Assembly: GCF_022045235.1 (NCBI RefSeq)
Contig: NW_027266341.1
Location: 12,524,001-12,588,000 of the forward strand
Origin: Haliotis cracherodii
Lineage: Eukaryota
Reading direction: 5' to 3'
DNA length: 64,000 bases
Shown: positions 12,687 through 26,241 of the stretch, piece by piece
Numbering within the stretch: position 1 is the stretch's first letter
How the letters are laid out: the number at the start of each line of letters is the position of its first letter
Made by a program: the position numbers and the translations under genes
Notes under the pieces: model-generated
What the model saw: only the letters and a program-made list of their open reading frames with translations
What the model was told of the DNA's origin: nothing
Databases searched by the model: none

Positions 12687-12972
12687 GGGGGCACGGGTTG
12701 CCCAGTTGTCTGAGGCGCCGCGATTCGCTGTTCAGGGTTGCGTCCTTTGGGCACGTCAGACACCTATGATTGTGGGTTTGAATCCCGGTTCGCCCCGATT
12801 ATGTTTCTAGGTTTGTCAGCACCATACGCGTGGTCGTGGGTTTCACCGAAGTGGTAAACGTCTGAGACCTGCATCACTTCGGGCTTTCCTCCCATATTAA
12901 GCTGACACGCCGTGTTATAACTGCAATACTGTTAAAAACGGCGTTAAACCCAATTCACTCACCCACTCACTC
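12687..12972 (+). mobile_element. tRNA(Leu)-like SINE (family L), full length
   Basis: Colinear with 835-1106; flanking repeat cagg(t/c)acaact. Confidence 0.85.
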
Positions 12973-13585
12973 AGGCACAACTGTGAAACTATGCGATAAG
13001 TAAAACACAAACTCAAATTTAAATGATGCCAACAAAAGATACCAACCTAAAGACACCTACACGTAAATTATAGCGACAAAACCCGTTCCATAACCATAAG
13101 AAAGCTATGCTAAACGCCGTGTCCATCGTACGATTCCGACTCATAAGGAACACAGACGGTTATCGTGACCTGGTTGTACTCGACTGACTGAGCATCATGT
13201 ACTAGTGTGAAGAGCTGGATACCTGCCCTTGTATCATTATACTTTAACAGAATCAATGTTATGTCATGTATAGATTGGTTATATCGACTATTACAGCACG
13301 GCGTCAACAGCCTACCGCAGTGAATACACCTGTTTACTCCAGGTAAACACAGGGTTGTAAATAACAGACGCCCAGGTCGCGTTCTCATTCTCGGGTGTGA
13401 CTGGATTACAGTTGATCAAGGGTGAGTCTTTTTCTGCATATTCTCAATTAGTTGTGTTATAATTGTTATCTGTTACTTCTCACACCTGTTGAAGGGGCAA
13501 TATGTAGCCCTGGCATGTTGTGTATGTGTACTAAAGAAGTTGTTATCCATAATACTCCTTCTCATACTTGTCTCTAGTTAAATGT

Positions 13586-13616
<31 letters not shown>

Positions 13617-13708
13617 GGGGGGTTATGTCGTAAGGGCTAGGAAAGATGGTTTCTGTATATCCATATTTGAATATTCTAACTTTTCACTGAATTCATAATA
13701 CATAATAT

Positions 13709-13769
<61 letters not shown>

Positions 13770-15254
13770 TTACTCACATTATTAACACATTGAACCGTAC
13801 AACATAAATGACCTCTGTGATTCTTTAATATATGAGGGTTGTTTCTTTGAATGCACCAGAGTTTACAAAATAAACAGGTAAATAAATCAAAGTGATCATT
13901 TCAAAGGTCGTCTTCTGTATAAAATGTAAAATCAACCTTAATCGGTTTGTTATTTCAAAACTTCTGGAGTCACTTGATGGATAACACTAAAAACAGCAAT
14001 GACTACATTAACTGGGTCAGTCGTTTCTTTTTGTTACCGTCTTTTGTTATGTCTAAAGTTGATGGTCTGTGTCGATTCATAAACCTTTCCAAGAAAACAT
14101 GAAATTTGATAGTTCACGGAAACACAGACCCATTTCAAGGAATGACATATGTATGCCATATACGCTAACTCAAATTACTGTCGAGGTTTATGTGAACTAT
14201 TGTCTGAGTCATCCTGAAGATCTTAGTGGATAGCAAGTATGTCATATTTATTTTGAAATAGCCAGTGTCAGAGGGTTATTGATACACCCCTATTATATTT
14301 AATAGTAATACATAGCTATGTACGAACACTATTGTGTCATAACACAACAATAAATCACAGCGGTATAAACCTAGTTTGATGTGGTTACAGTTAATGCATG
14401 AACAAAACACAACTGAAGATTGTCTGTCTCGCGTTTACAGTAAATAAACAACAATATATGGTAAGTGTTTCAGAGAAATCCTATTACTGCATTCCATATT
14501 TAAGTTTTAGTGTAATACATTTTAAACCCTTTTCTTCAATACATTAGTCAAATACAATATTTCAAATGCTGTCGCATATCCATTGAATGTTTGACACAGA
14601 CAGAAGACGAGACACTGTTTTGAAAAACACCCGCAGCTGGGTTTTGTTTACCTGCTGCCATGACAACAACGCGACCCGTGCTTATTGTGCATGACCTCTC
14701 TCTGCCAACCAGGAAGTAACTGCTCCAATGGCCATCACGGTTGTACAAAGCAGGAGAGATATTGTGTCGTGTAGGTACACGTCGCCCGATACAACAGATT
14801 GTATACCCAGTCAAGTGTGCAGCTCAGGCTATTGTCACACAGCAATCTGTGACAGATCTTGACAGCCGAAAACACAACGCGAATCTGTTACTTATGGGCC
14901 ATTAAAATATATTGGAAGATCTGCTACCTTAGTTTTTTACTCGGTTTCATGATCAAAAGAAGCATAGAATTCAATGTGTGCGACAGTGTGTATATCTGTT
15001 AAGCCGTTTGATTGAGATTTTAGCAATACACCTATTTCCACAGGTTGTTTCTCAATAGATTATAAACTATAAATGATCTCTAGCTATGGCGACTCCTAAC
15101 GAGTTATCATGATTCTTGGGAAAATATAAAAGGTCTTAATTTTAATCATTAACGCAAAATTCCTAAAAGTAAATCAAAGTGTATGCAATGTCAACATACT
15201 CCACGTGAAATCCGGGACAGCTACCTGTGTAAGAACTGACACAGGTGAGGATCA

Positions 15255-15416
15255 AATGGCTATAAAGAGAGACAGATGTTTCTTTGTGTGTCATCGCACC
15301 ACGACAACATCGATCGTAATTTACTGTTGACTTGATTAATCACATGCCTCTGGAAGACAGTTGCAATATAGCAAACTGCGGCGAAATAAGATGTTGACCA
15401 TTTCGTCGGAGTAAAT
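15255..15416 (+). promoter_or_regulatory. Possible TATA promoter and 5'UTR exon of the 17100-22562 gene
   Basis: TATAAAG at 15261, TCAT initiator-like site about 30 nt downstream, candidate donor GA|GTAAAT near 15410. Motif evidence only. Confidence 0.3.
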
Positions 15417-15914
15417 ACAATACAATTTGATAAATTGATTTCATGTGGTTAATAGAAGTATCTAAAATCGTATTTTTCATCTGTAGATCATGAATACACT
15501 TTAAATATGATAATCACAGTATGAAAATAACGAAACGAATATAGTGTTATTCCGTGGTATTGGACCCAGTGCACGACCTGTCATTGTTTTTAATATTATT
15601 ATTGTTAAATAAAACAATACTTAAAATGAATACTTTCTGCATGCCTAGCCCGACGTACAAATTGCCCCGTCCTTAAGACATCTTTTTATGTTTACACACA
15701 TTTATCCAAATACTATTTCAACTCAAATTTGTTTTTTGCACCGGATTTGGACTGTTTCCATCTACAGTCGGGTGGTTAAATCGCACGCTCGTCCCGCCAA
15801 AGGCCCGGGTGCGTTTTCCCTCAAGGGCACAATGTGATAAGTGGGATATTGCTGAGAGCAGCGTAAAACTACACTCAATCACTCACTCACTCACACACTC
15901 TTTAGGAATATTGT

Positions 15915-17080
15915 CTTTGTTTGTATTCTAGTATCGAGTATTTGATTGTATTCCAATATTCAGTAATTGTTTGTATTACAATACTGATTATTTGGCTATA
16001 TTAAAGTAATGGGTATTTGATTGTATTCCAATAGTGAGTTTTTTATTGTATTCCAGTATTGGGTATTTGATTGTATTCCACTAGTGAGTATTTGATTGTA
16101 TTCCAGAAGTGAGTATTTAATTGTATTCAACTAGTGAGTATTTGATTGTATTCCAGAAGTGAGTATTTAATTGTATTCCAGTAGTGGGTATTTGATTGTA
16201 TTCCAGTAGTGAGTATTTAATTGTATTCCAGTACTGAGTATTTGATTGTATTCCAGTGGTGAGTTTTTCATTGTATTCCAGTATTGGGTATATGATTGTA
16301 TTCCAGTATTGAGTATTTGAGTGTATTCCAGTAATGAATATTTCATTGTATTCCAGGAATGGATATTTCATTGTATTCCAGTAGTCAGTAGTTGATGGTA
16401 CTTCAATAGTGTATTTCATTGTAATCCAGTATTGAGTATTTGTTTGTATTCTAGTAGTGAGTATTTGAGTTTATTCCATCACTGAGTGTTAGATAGTATT
16501 CCATCATTTAGTGTTAAATAGTATTCCAGTGTTAAGTGTTTGTTTGTATTCCAGCTGTGAGTATTTGACTTTATTTCAGTACAGATTATCTGATTGTACT
16601 CCAGTGGTGAATATTTCAGTTTATTCCATCACTGAGTGTTAGATAGTATTCCATCATTTAGTGCTAAATAGTATTCTAGTGTTAAGTGTTTGTTTGTATT
16701 CCAGCTGTGAGTATTTGACTTTATTTCAGTACAGATTATCTGATTGTACTCCAGTGGTGAATATTTGAGTTTATTCCATCATTGAGTGTAAGATAGCATT
16801 CCATTGTTGAGTATTTGATTGCATTCCAGTTGTGAGTATTCGATTATGTTCCAGTATTGAGTATTTGATTGTATGCCAGTAGTGAGTATTGATTGTATTC
16901 CAGAAGTGAGTATTTAATTGTATTCCAGTAGTGGGTATTTGATTGTATGCCAGTAGTGAGAATTTGATTGTATGCCTGTAGTGAGAATTTGATTGCATTC
17001 CAGTTGTGAGTATTCGATTATGTTCCAGTAGTGAGTATTTGATTGTATGCCAGTAGTGAGTATTTGATTGTATTCCAGTA
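15915..17080. repeat. 25-bp minisatellite, about 46 units, ending at a splice acceptor
   Basis: gagtatttgattgtattccagtagt; the last unit supplies the AG at 17077-17078. Confidence 0.92.
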
Positions 17081-17099
17081 CTGACTACTACAAGACAAG

Positions 17100-20000
17100 A
17101 TGACATCACCTGAGCGAGCCCCTTCGACCATGTCCGACATCGTGCTAGAGGCAGAGAGCCGGCTCCCCGAGGACTTCAACCCCTGCGTCACCGACACCTT
17201 CCTGGCAGTGCCGACTGCAGGCATCGTCGTCGTGCCGTGGAGAGTGTTCCAAATATTCCCAGAAATTGTACATCCGAAATTCCGGACTGTTGAAAACGAA
17301 ATCGTGTACGACGGTGATGTTAACATCCTCATGAGTGCAGCATCGTTGTCAACGTCGGACCGGGGATATATGGAGGAACTCACACAGTCATGGTAGGTTT
17401 CTTAAAGAGTAAACAGGCAGTGGGGCAGCCTAATGGTCGAAGCGTTTGTAAGTTTCGACGTCTGAAGTTGTTAACACTAAAAACAACTTAATGTATTACA
17501 GGGTTATTCAAGTTTCAACGGAGGAGGACCTGGACACAGTGACGGGTCGTCTTTCCGCCTTCCCCTCCTTGCTGTGTGTTACTCTGACAATCCGCAACGT
17601 CATGGAAGACAATTCAGAAAGTACGTAACACAGTGATAGTGGTTAAGCGCTGATCTCTGGTTCGATCATACGACGGCAATTACATGCAATGTAAGAGGTT
17701 TATAGATATGTGTTGAGACCTCCTGAATCGTAATCTTTGAGTAAATCCTGAAGCGAGGTACCAAGGTTTGAATAAGTAAGTGAATGTTGCTTTAAACCGT
17801 TATGACTAATCGCCTACGATCAAGGCAAATCAGCGACTGCACGTGTGAGCAACGACCAACGCGATCGTGCCATGCAAACAGTTACGTCGCCAAATCTTAC
17901 CTTGAAGCATTATAAAGGAGCCCTGAATCCCTACGGGCACCGAAGGATCCTGTTTTAGATTGAGGGGATACAATGCTCCTGAGAGGAGTTTAACTCTTTG
18001 CACCACTTCGCCAACCTGGACTATGAAGAACATTGTACGCGTGGATATCAATTGTTGTTTATTCACCGTTACGATATGCCTTGGAGGGATTCTATGGTTA
18101 ATTGTGTTACCATTTTGTTTCCAGTACCCATGGTCATCTTCATCAGCCCCGAGGCAAACTGCATGAAGAACCTCACCTCCAAACTCGCCGATGTGAAAGG
18201 AGGATTCGGGAATGGCAAAAAGTTTTCATTGGAGGTAAATATAAAAAGTCAACGCTGGAGAATAATCAGTTTCGATTATCTGCCGAAACAGATTCCATCG
18301 GGCGTAAAAGGTAAACTAGAGAGAAAAATTATACGAATAGAGGAAATATTTAATATTAAGAATGCTAGGCTACAAAATGTATTGGTTAACCCAACTATCG
18401 ACACATCACAACATCGATACGGCATTACATATTTGACAAGTTAAGATATGGATCTATCAAGCATGAGACATATGACTTTTATATGAGATTTTTTTCCATA
18501 TTTGATCATATCTTTAACTATGTTGCTTTATTGACAGAATAAACAAAATGCAAAATGATCAGTTTTCTTCTGACATTAGCAGGAGTATGAAATGAACAAT
18601 GCTCCAGATATCATGTGACGTTAAATGTGGGTCTCATCCTTCACATTGTGCTGATTGGGAGAAGTCACTATTTATTTTATGCTTATTGACCATCGGTTGC
18701 CTATTCGCTAGATATAGTTACTTTCTTTGGGTGTGTCAACACAATACCAGCAAAGTGGGTTTTGGTAATCCTGGCACAGTCAGGATGGTTAGGATACTCA
18801 TCGGCTCAGGGCCCTTTCCCCCTCTACATGAAGCCTAGACAGCGAACCTCTCCCAGGAAGCGCTGCCGAGTCGAACCTAACCAGAACCTTTCGGAGAAAT
18901 TGAAGACTCCTCAACACTGCAGCCTTCTTCATTACCCAGATTGTCAGAAGGGCTGTATTCCTGACAGCAAACCCGGGTACTCTCCCAATGTCTGTCAACG
19001 GATTAGGATGTACCAAACCTAAGGCACCAACTTGGGATGCAAGCGTGACATTTCGAAAGCGACAGCTGCATATTTGCCATTTTTTTCCTGAATCTTGTCA
19101 ATCAAAAAGGACAGAAAACTCAATGATATACATGATTTCATTGGATTATCAAAACGGACAAGATCAGATTTGTTGGCCTGGATAAGTCTGAGGCTGTATA
19201 CGGGCCTGTTCCAAAGATTTTTCCATGACACCCTCTACATATTCTGGGTCGTACCATGGATGGACCTCTAAATGTGTGCAAAGGTGCAAAATATAATTCT
19301 ATCAAGAAGAGCCTCCACGTTTATCAAACCACGTCCTCCCATTATAACTGGTAAATATACGCGATTCCAGGAAGAACGAGGGTCGTGGGATCTATTGTCT
19401 GACATGATTCTTTGTTTGAGGGTGTCAGTACCCTGAATTTCTTGTTCCGTCCAATCAACAACACCAAAAGAGTACGAAAGGACGGTTACAGCATAAGTAT
19501 TTGTGGCCATGACTCTTTTGCGAGCGTTCAGCTCTGAACACCAGATTTTCTACATTTGTATTCTGCCCGTGGTGTGTCTTTGATATGGGCATTCTGGAGT
19601 TTTTCTGTTACCTGCATAGGCCCGATCGTCCACGAAATAGTCCATAATTCCACCCTAAATAAACTGACCGATCTTCTTCGTCTTCATTTTCTTCTTCTTA
19701 CATGAAATACTGTTAAACCGGCGTTAAAATAAACCCACTCGTTACTCTTATATGCTTACGTTATAGTACCAATGCAGACTTTGATAACATGTGGCAGTGG
19801 AAATGTAACAATGTTTAAATAACAGGAAAGTATAAGCAAAATCATTTCAATGAAATGTTGTGAACATATGAACCTCATATTGACATCTCATATCTACCCC
19901 AAGAAGGGAAACAATATAGTATGCTATTCCCCCTTTACAGGTTGATCTCGGCCCATCGTTACAACAGTGGGGCAAGACAGTCTTGAGAAGAGAGTTCTTG

Positions 20001-22562
20001 AGCGTTGGAGGAAGGTTCTGTGTTACGAGTGGCGCCATCTTTAATCACGTGTTTGACTGGAATAACATACTGGGTTGTGTCCCTTGCCTGCCGTGTGGTG
20101 TGATCGGCTCATCTGCTTATCGGGTCAGTTGGAACTGGATTTGTTTTCATTAGCAAACAGATGTTCTAAGATATTAGTATCGTGAATGTGCAATTTTCAA
20201 TGTTTACGTTATATCTGATCGTATTTTTCCGGGCATTTTCAGAGTGCACATGGAGATGGAGATTGTTTATTTGGTAATTCTGCTAAAAAATACAAATATG
20301 TGTGAATACAAGGATATGAAAATTCAGGACAGAGGTTATCCGATATTATTACTGTTCAACCTTTAAATAATTCCAAAGCATGCTTGTCATAACAGTGTCC
20401 CGTTTCACAAAGTAATCGTATCTCTAGCCATGTAATTGTTCGTAATCCAAGTTATCTTTTCGGATAGGGGGTGGGGGTGTCGGGTACTGGATTCTTTGTC
20501 AAAATATGTTTTTGACAAGCGTTTCAAAACAAACAATAGAAATAAGTTATGGGACCCACATCACGTCATGTCAGATCTCCAGTGTAAAATGTGAGGGGCG
20601 GGGAGGGGTGACGACAAATTTCCATCATTTTGTACATTTTACAAAACTACCACCACCAACAACAACACAATCCCCCGCATCCATTCTTAGAACACTACGA
20701 CCGCTCTGTGATTGAGGCCCTGTCTAATACACCATTTTATCACTGAAGCACATAAATAACTTCTTAATAAGCCAAAAGAAAAAACATTTTCGGGACGATT
20801 GATTGTAGAAACAGACAATTTTGGCTTTTAACTGGAAATTTGTTTGCCTCTCTGTTGATTCATATACTACTTTCTACGCTTTAATATCATCACAATGTCT
20901 GATATTTTGTCCAGATCCACAGAAAGATAAATTACCAAGATGAGATCTTCGATACAATACAAGATATCGTCATCATTGGGACAAAAGGCTCGGACTTGTC
21001 AACGCAACAGGAAGCTGTGTACCTCTGTAAGCTATACTTTATACACTCTGTACAGACAACTATCTAATGTAAACGCAATTCGCTGTCGCATATGCTAATA
21101 GGACACCTCTGATCGTGGGTTCCCATTTCAGAATCGCCATGATTCTGTGTCTTTGTCTTAGCACCATGGCCTGCTCGTGATTTCAGCAAGTGGTAAACGT
21201 CGAATATAAAACGTCAACGCCAGATAATAACCAGTCTCAATTATCTGCCGAAACAGATATCCACTGGGCGTGAAAGGCAAAATAGGGATAGATTATATGA
21301 AAGGATCACTGATAATCCTTAAGGAGACCAGGTGTTAGTTAAAAGGTTAAGCATGCCCTGCTCTACCGATAGCACCCGCCACTCACAAAATTTGCCCCAG
21401 CTATACTCCTGCAATACGACGGCATTAGCTGGAATATATGCAGTTTTTTTATTTCTGGATTCCAGTACAGCCTAGCTTCAGTAATGAGTGAATGAGTGAG
21501 TAAATAGTTTACATCGCATAGGAATATAGCGGTGAGGACAAGGTATTCATCTTGAAATATTTGTCGACAAAGAACAATAAAACAGTAAGGTATATCACAT
21601 TGCATTGTATTTCAGTGATGCAGTGGATTAAGGTATTTCGACTGTACTATTGTATGGATTGCCGACGGAAGATGCCGCCGTTAGAATCTGACGGCAACAG
21701 TGGACCCTTTTGCACATGTAAAGTCAGAATCACATCCTCACCTGTTTTCGGGAAGAATAAAGTGGCCCCTTTGGACGTTGGAGAAGGCAGTTATTGTGGC
21801 GACCCGAACACGTCCAGATCAGAAACAGGAACAACATCTTCAGTAGACAGAGCTGGAACATCTATGACAGCAACTGCAACAGTAGCATCAACGCAGGATG
21901 GCAAGACGCAATACCAAGAACACCATGACGAATCCAGAACACAGAAGACCAAATTTAGAAAACATACATCTAAACAGAAAAAGGTCACTGATGACAAAGG
22001 GGGTCCTTTTGCCCCTTACCGAGAAAAGATCGCTGGCAGGGCTATAGCAAGGAGGAAGAAAGGGATAATGCAACAGGGTCTGAATCAAACAGAAATAGAG
22101 ATTAATATGAACATATTAAATGCGAGACAGCCAGGTGGGGCTGTTCAACCGAAACAAGCTGTGTTCAAATATCCAGCCAAAAGAATATCCGGTCAGCAAA
22201 AGAAACCAGGACAGCGCAGGAGGAGCTCAGGCTTTGTGGAGGTTCAGTTAAAGATGGCTGATGGCGCAGAGGGAGCTGAAGAAGGGGAAGCCAATGTTGA
22301 GGCATCTGAAGTTACACTGGACAACAATGGTGTAGCTAGTGGAGTTTCTTGTGTGCATAATGAAGATGACGTATCGGATGATGGCTTCTTCTTCGTGGAC
22401 ACTGACATGGACGAACAGTTTGAGAGAAATCCACTTGGTCAGACGGACCTTCAGAGTTTCTTGACCTACGAAAGGGATCCGAAAACAGGCACTGTTAATC
22501 CTGGTTTCGGTGGACAACCTGTTTTGAAACAGCCAAAGAAAAATCCGGAGAGCATTGCTTGA
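17100..22562 (+). CDS. Uncharacterised protein (6 coding exons: 17100-17392, 17502-17620, 18125-18234, 19941-20123, 20915-21026, 21616-22562; 587 aa)
   Basis: All junctions GT-AG, phases 2,1,0,0,1 consistent, one uninterrupted frame. In-frame TGA just upstream of ATG 17100. N-terminal about 290 aa looks globular (includes GCVPCLPCGVIG and YYCMDC); C-terminus is low-complexity basic then acidic. No family recognised. Confidence 0.85.
18745..19620 (-). mobile_element. R4/Dong-type fragment with internal deletion (intron of the 17100 gene)
   Basis: RT C-terminal NTYAVTVLSYSFGVVDWT...RVYLPVIMGGRGL joined to RLE ANKSDLVRFDN...DKIQEKNGKY. Confidence 0.85.
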
Positions 22563-23569
22563 AACAGCATTGTTAGTGTTTAATATGTCAATATTATAAT
22601 TGTGTTTGGTATTTCCACACTATAACTGTGTTTTGTATGTCAGTTCTATAATCTGTGATGACTTACAAGTGCATTCTCTGGGTGTAACCTTCACCTTCAA
22701 TAAACTGCGGGGCAAAAGAAAGTATACATGCGAAAATTGGATTTGACCAATACATTACAAATGTTTCCTTAACCTTACTAGGCCGAAAACAGTCGCCGAC
22801 ACGCTGCAAACGGTAAGTCCAAAACGTAACTACGATACCCGTATCAAATACATCGCCATCAAATAACCATTTCTTGTTTGTGGCCAAAAATGAAACAATC
22901 AAACATGGGTGTTTTCTTTCTTTGGCCCGGCAGTTTAGTTGATACACGCCTTCAATGTATTAATATGCAGAGAAAATATTTTTTATACCACACATCTTAT
23001 AATGACGATAGCTTTTTTTATGTTCACATGAAAATAGCGAGAAATCACATGACAATCTTATCATCATCCATTGGATAGTTCTATCTTATAAGCAGTCGGT
23101 AGAGCTCACAGCATAGGAATCAATGCTAGTCCGAAGTTACAAGATTTCAGATAGGTAATGACATGTAGTAGACTGTTAGGATCTACATCCTGCATTAGAA
23201 ATGGTACGCTTGTGTTAATGTTAATAGGGGAAGCATAAGCTCCTTCAGCAGCAACCCTCATACTTGACAGAATAATATACTTCTTGTGTGTTACTATGAC
23301 GAAAATTATTGGTGAATCTATTCAATAAGGAGTATGTAAATGTATGGCTTAACTATGAACATTGAATCCATCCGTCATAATGACAGTAGGGTCATCAGTA
23401 TTGTACAGTTGTACAGTTATCTGACAAACAGATTATTAGCCCATGTGACCCATTGTACAAATGATAATTCATATTTATGTGCGCTTCAAATTACAGATTG
23501 TCTCTGAAATAACATATTATAGGTGCGCTTCTACAATTGTACAATTATCGTGTTTCCTGTATCTAAATA

Positions 23570-25078
23570 TACTAAACCCCAAAAGAAACATCACCGTCGA
23601 TAAATATATGAGAAACCTTATTTGTCCAAACACTGTTAACATACTTTGAGACATATTAAAAAGATGAAACTTGAAACCAAGGTTGAAATTAAAGTGTCAC
23701 ATGTTCTTAAAGTGAAACACAACACTAGTCTCCGAGAAAATGGCATCACAAGTCAGTATCTCGTGTATCCGCCATGTCCATTTATGACTGCCGTGCAACG
23801 TCGACACATGAAATGGATGAGGCGGTTGATGAAGGCCATAGGCACTTGAGCCCACACTCTGAGGAGCGCCTGACGCAGTTCAGCTGCAGTTGCCGGCCTT
23901 GGTCGGACGTCATTCAGCCATCTTTTAATCTCGTCCCACACATGCCAAATGGGATTTAAATCGGGACTGAGGGCAGGCACTGCATGGTTCTGATGTAATT
24001 CTGCTAGAGGAAGTCTCTTGTTGATCTCAGAGTGTGGGCACGGGCGTTATCATGCTGAAAGTCGTGGTTGCGGCGACGTGCCAAATGAGGCATGGCGTGT
24101 GGTCTCAAGACTTGATCAATGTACCGAACTGCTGTGACACCATTGCCTCTCCCTGGAACGATGTACTGGACCACAGGGCCGACCCTCTGTGCAAGACCAA
24201 TTTCACCCCACACCATGATGCTCGGACCACCCCACGAGTCTCTCTCAACAACACAAGCATCCGAATAAAGTTTCGGACGCCGTCGCCAGACTCTCTCTCT
24301 CTCTCTGCCATCTGCTGTTCAGATACAGTAACGGCTCTTGTCTGAGGAGAGGACTCTTCTCCACTACTGGTGGCGCCAATGATGTTGCTGCGTTGCCCAC
24401 TGAAGACGGTGCCGGCGATGACGTGGTGTCAGAATGGGTCCTCGGTATGGCCTGTGACAGTGGAGGTGTCTGCTCGTCAATCGTCGACGCACGGTGTCCG
24501 CTCTTATGTGTCGCTGTTGTGTCCCCATGATCTGTCGAGCAGTTTCCGCAGCAGTAAAAAAGCGATCTTGAAGATGCTGTCGCACAATCTGACGATCCTT
24601 ACGTCGGCTTGTGACCCTAGGTCTTCGACTACGTTGTCGGTCATCTGTAGTGTTGGTGGTCTGGTACCGTTGCTGGAGCCTTATATGGTCTTCACGTGAA
24701 CTTGCAGGGCGGTTTGTCCAGCTTGCAATCGTCCAAGGGCTTGGTATCGCTGATATCTTGTCAATCTTTGTATGTGGTAGTAACTCAATAACGAATGAAT
24801 GTTATCCGATCTGGGTGGATTTTTATAGGGCAAGAAATGAGGGAACGCATGTACATTTCAATTAGCACAGAACTCACGTGCATCGGTTTACCATGGCCAT
24901 TGCCGTGATGCGTTTGTGCGATCGGTTTTATTGTCATCTGCTTTGTTTTTTTATCATCAAATTTTATTTTTCCGGACAAGGTAATGTTTAATTTTAGAAA
25001 CTTTGGCAAAAATTACCCAGATATTTAAATGACATCTTTGCATGCAATGTTACTTGGGGTTTATTTTGTGGTTCAGTA
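23570..25078 (-). mobile_element. Tc1-family DNA transposon, near full length, inactivated
   Basis: Imperfect TIRs TACTAAACCCCAAAAGAAAC / TACTGAACCACAAAATAAAC with TA TSD. Frameshifted transposase: DRFFTAAETA, VMVWG, FQHDNARAH, SPDLNPIWHVWD, GGYTRY. Confidence 0.9.
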
Positions 25079-25239
25079 TATAAGCGTTCATAAAAAAGTT
25101 TTCACTTAACCTGAAGGTGAAATGTTTGTTATATGCAAAATAGTATTTGGCGACAAAACACTTTCAATTATCATAACACATATCTGCTAAAAGAGAAGCC
25201 TCTGTACGACTCCGTCAATAGAATGGTCATGTGTTTATA

Positions 25240-25630
25240 GTGATGATATATGCTGTCCGCGAAAAGATGAGCGAATTCTGCCCCACCGGTGACACATGTC
25301 ACAAACACATGCACAGGCAAGTAAATGTTCATCCGAAAACACAGTGGAATACATGTGTATGTTGTACAAGTCGAAAAAGGGAATCGCATCGGATATTTTG
25401 GTCTCCGATGAGTCACATTTGTCCTCCACACGTCTGCAATAAAACCTTTTGAAAGCTTTACCGAGGCCTTAAATATTGTATAACTCATTTTGAGCAAGAG
25501 TCATATGACGATCTTTATATTAAAATCTAAGTACTAAGAGTATTCTTGATTGTACCTCAAAAGTTGTGAGTTGTTGTGTATATGTGCTCGGCATAAAGTG
25601 AAAGTAGACATTTGGTAAGTATGACATCAT
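25240..25630 (-). mobile_element. Diverged fragment of the same Penelope-like family
   Basis: Colinear with 62020-62430. Confidence 0.7.
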
Positions 25631-26241
25631 TTAATTAATACTCCTTTCGCGAACACCTATTGTCATCACTGATTTTCAGTGATCTGTTTATATGGCTTTC
25701 ACTACTATTTCGCCTGGTTGTGAACATGCCATTCAAGTACTTACTTTACACACGCATTGATAACCGCTAACGCCCAGAAAGACTACTGCCTCTAATCCCT
25801 TCTTAGTCCTACCCCCTTCCACCCACCCCCTTTAATACCTGAACCCCCTACTCTAATCCCTACATATAATAAACAATTAATTAAAGCGACAAAACCCTTT
25901 TCCTTATCCAATAGAAATCTCTGCAAAATCAGAGTCGATTGTACAAATCCGAATATATCATGAGAATGTGTTTATGAATCACTTTCAAATAGTAATGATG
26001 CCAGGTGTTCACGAAAGCCAACCAAGTTTACAAAACACAAGCCAACCCCCTCCTTCCAGCAATTTCTCTTATTTCCCTCCTTGCCTAAACCTTTGAAACG
26101 AATATATACTTTAATACTGGAGAACTGGTACCAACCCTTCCCTCCCATTCTGATGATCCCATACGTTTCATCCCCCCCAGCCCAACCCCTCAACCACCAT
26201 TTCCCATTGTCCCACTTGTGTAATACTTTTAAGGAAATGTT

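Noticed and set aside
13340-13430. Possible exon ending AAGG|GTGAGT
   Set aside because: No ATG or coding signal; might be a UTR exon but cannot be supported from sequence alone.
16117-17109. Minus-strand ORFs with YWNTIKY repeats
   Set aside because: Translations of the 25-bp satellite.
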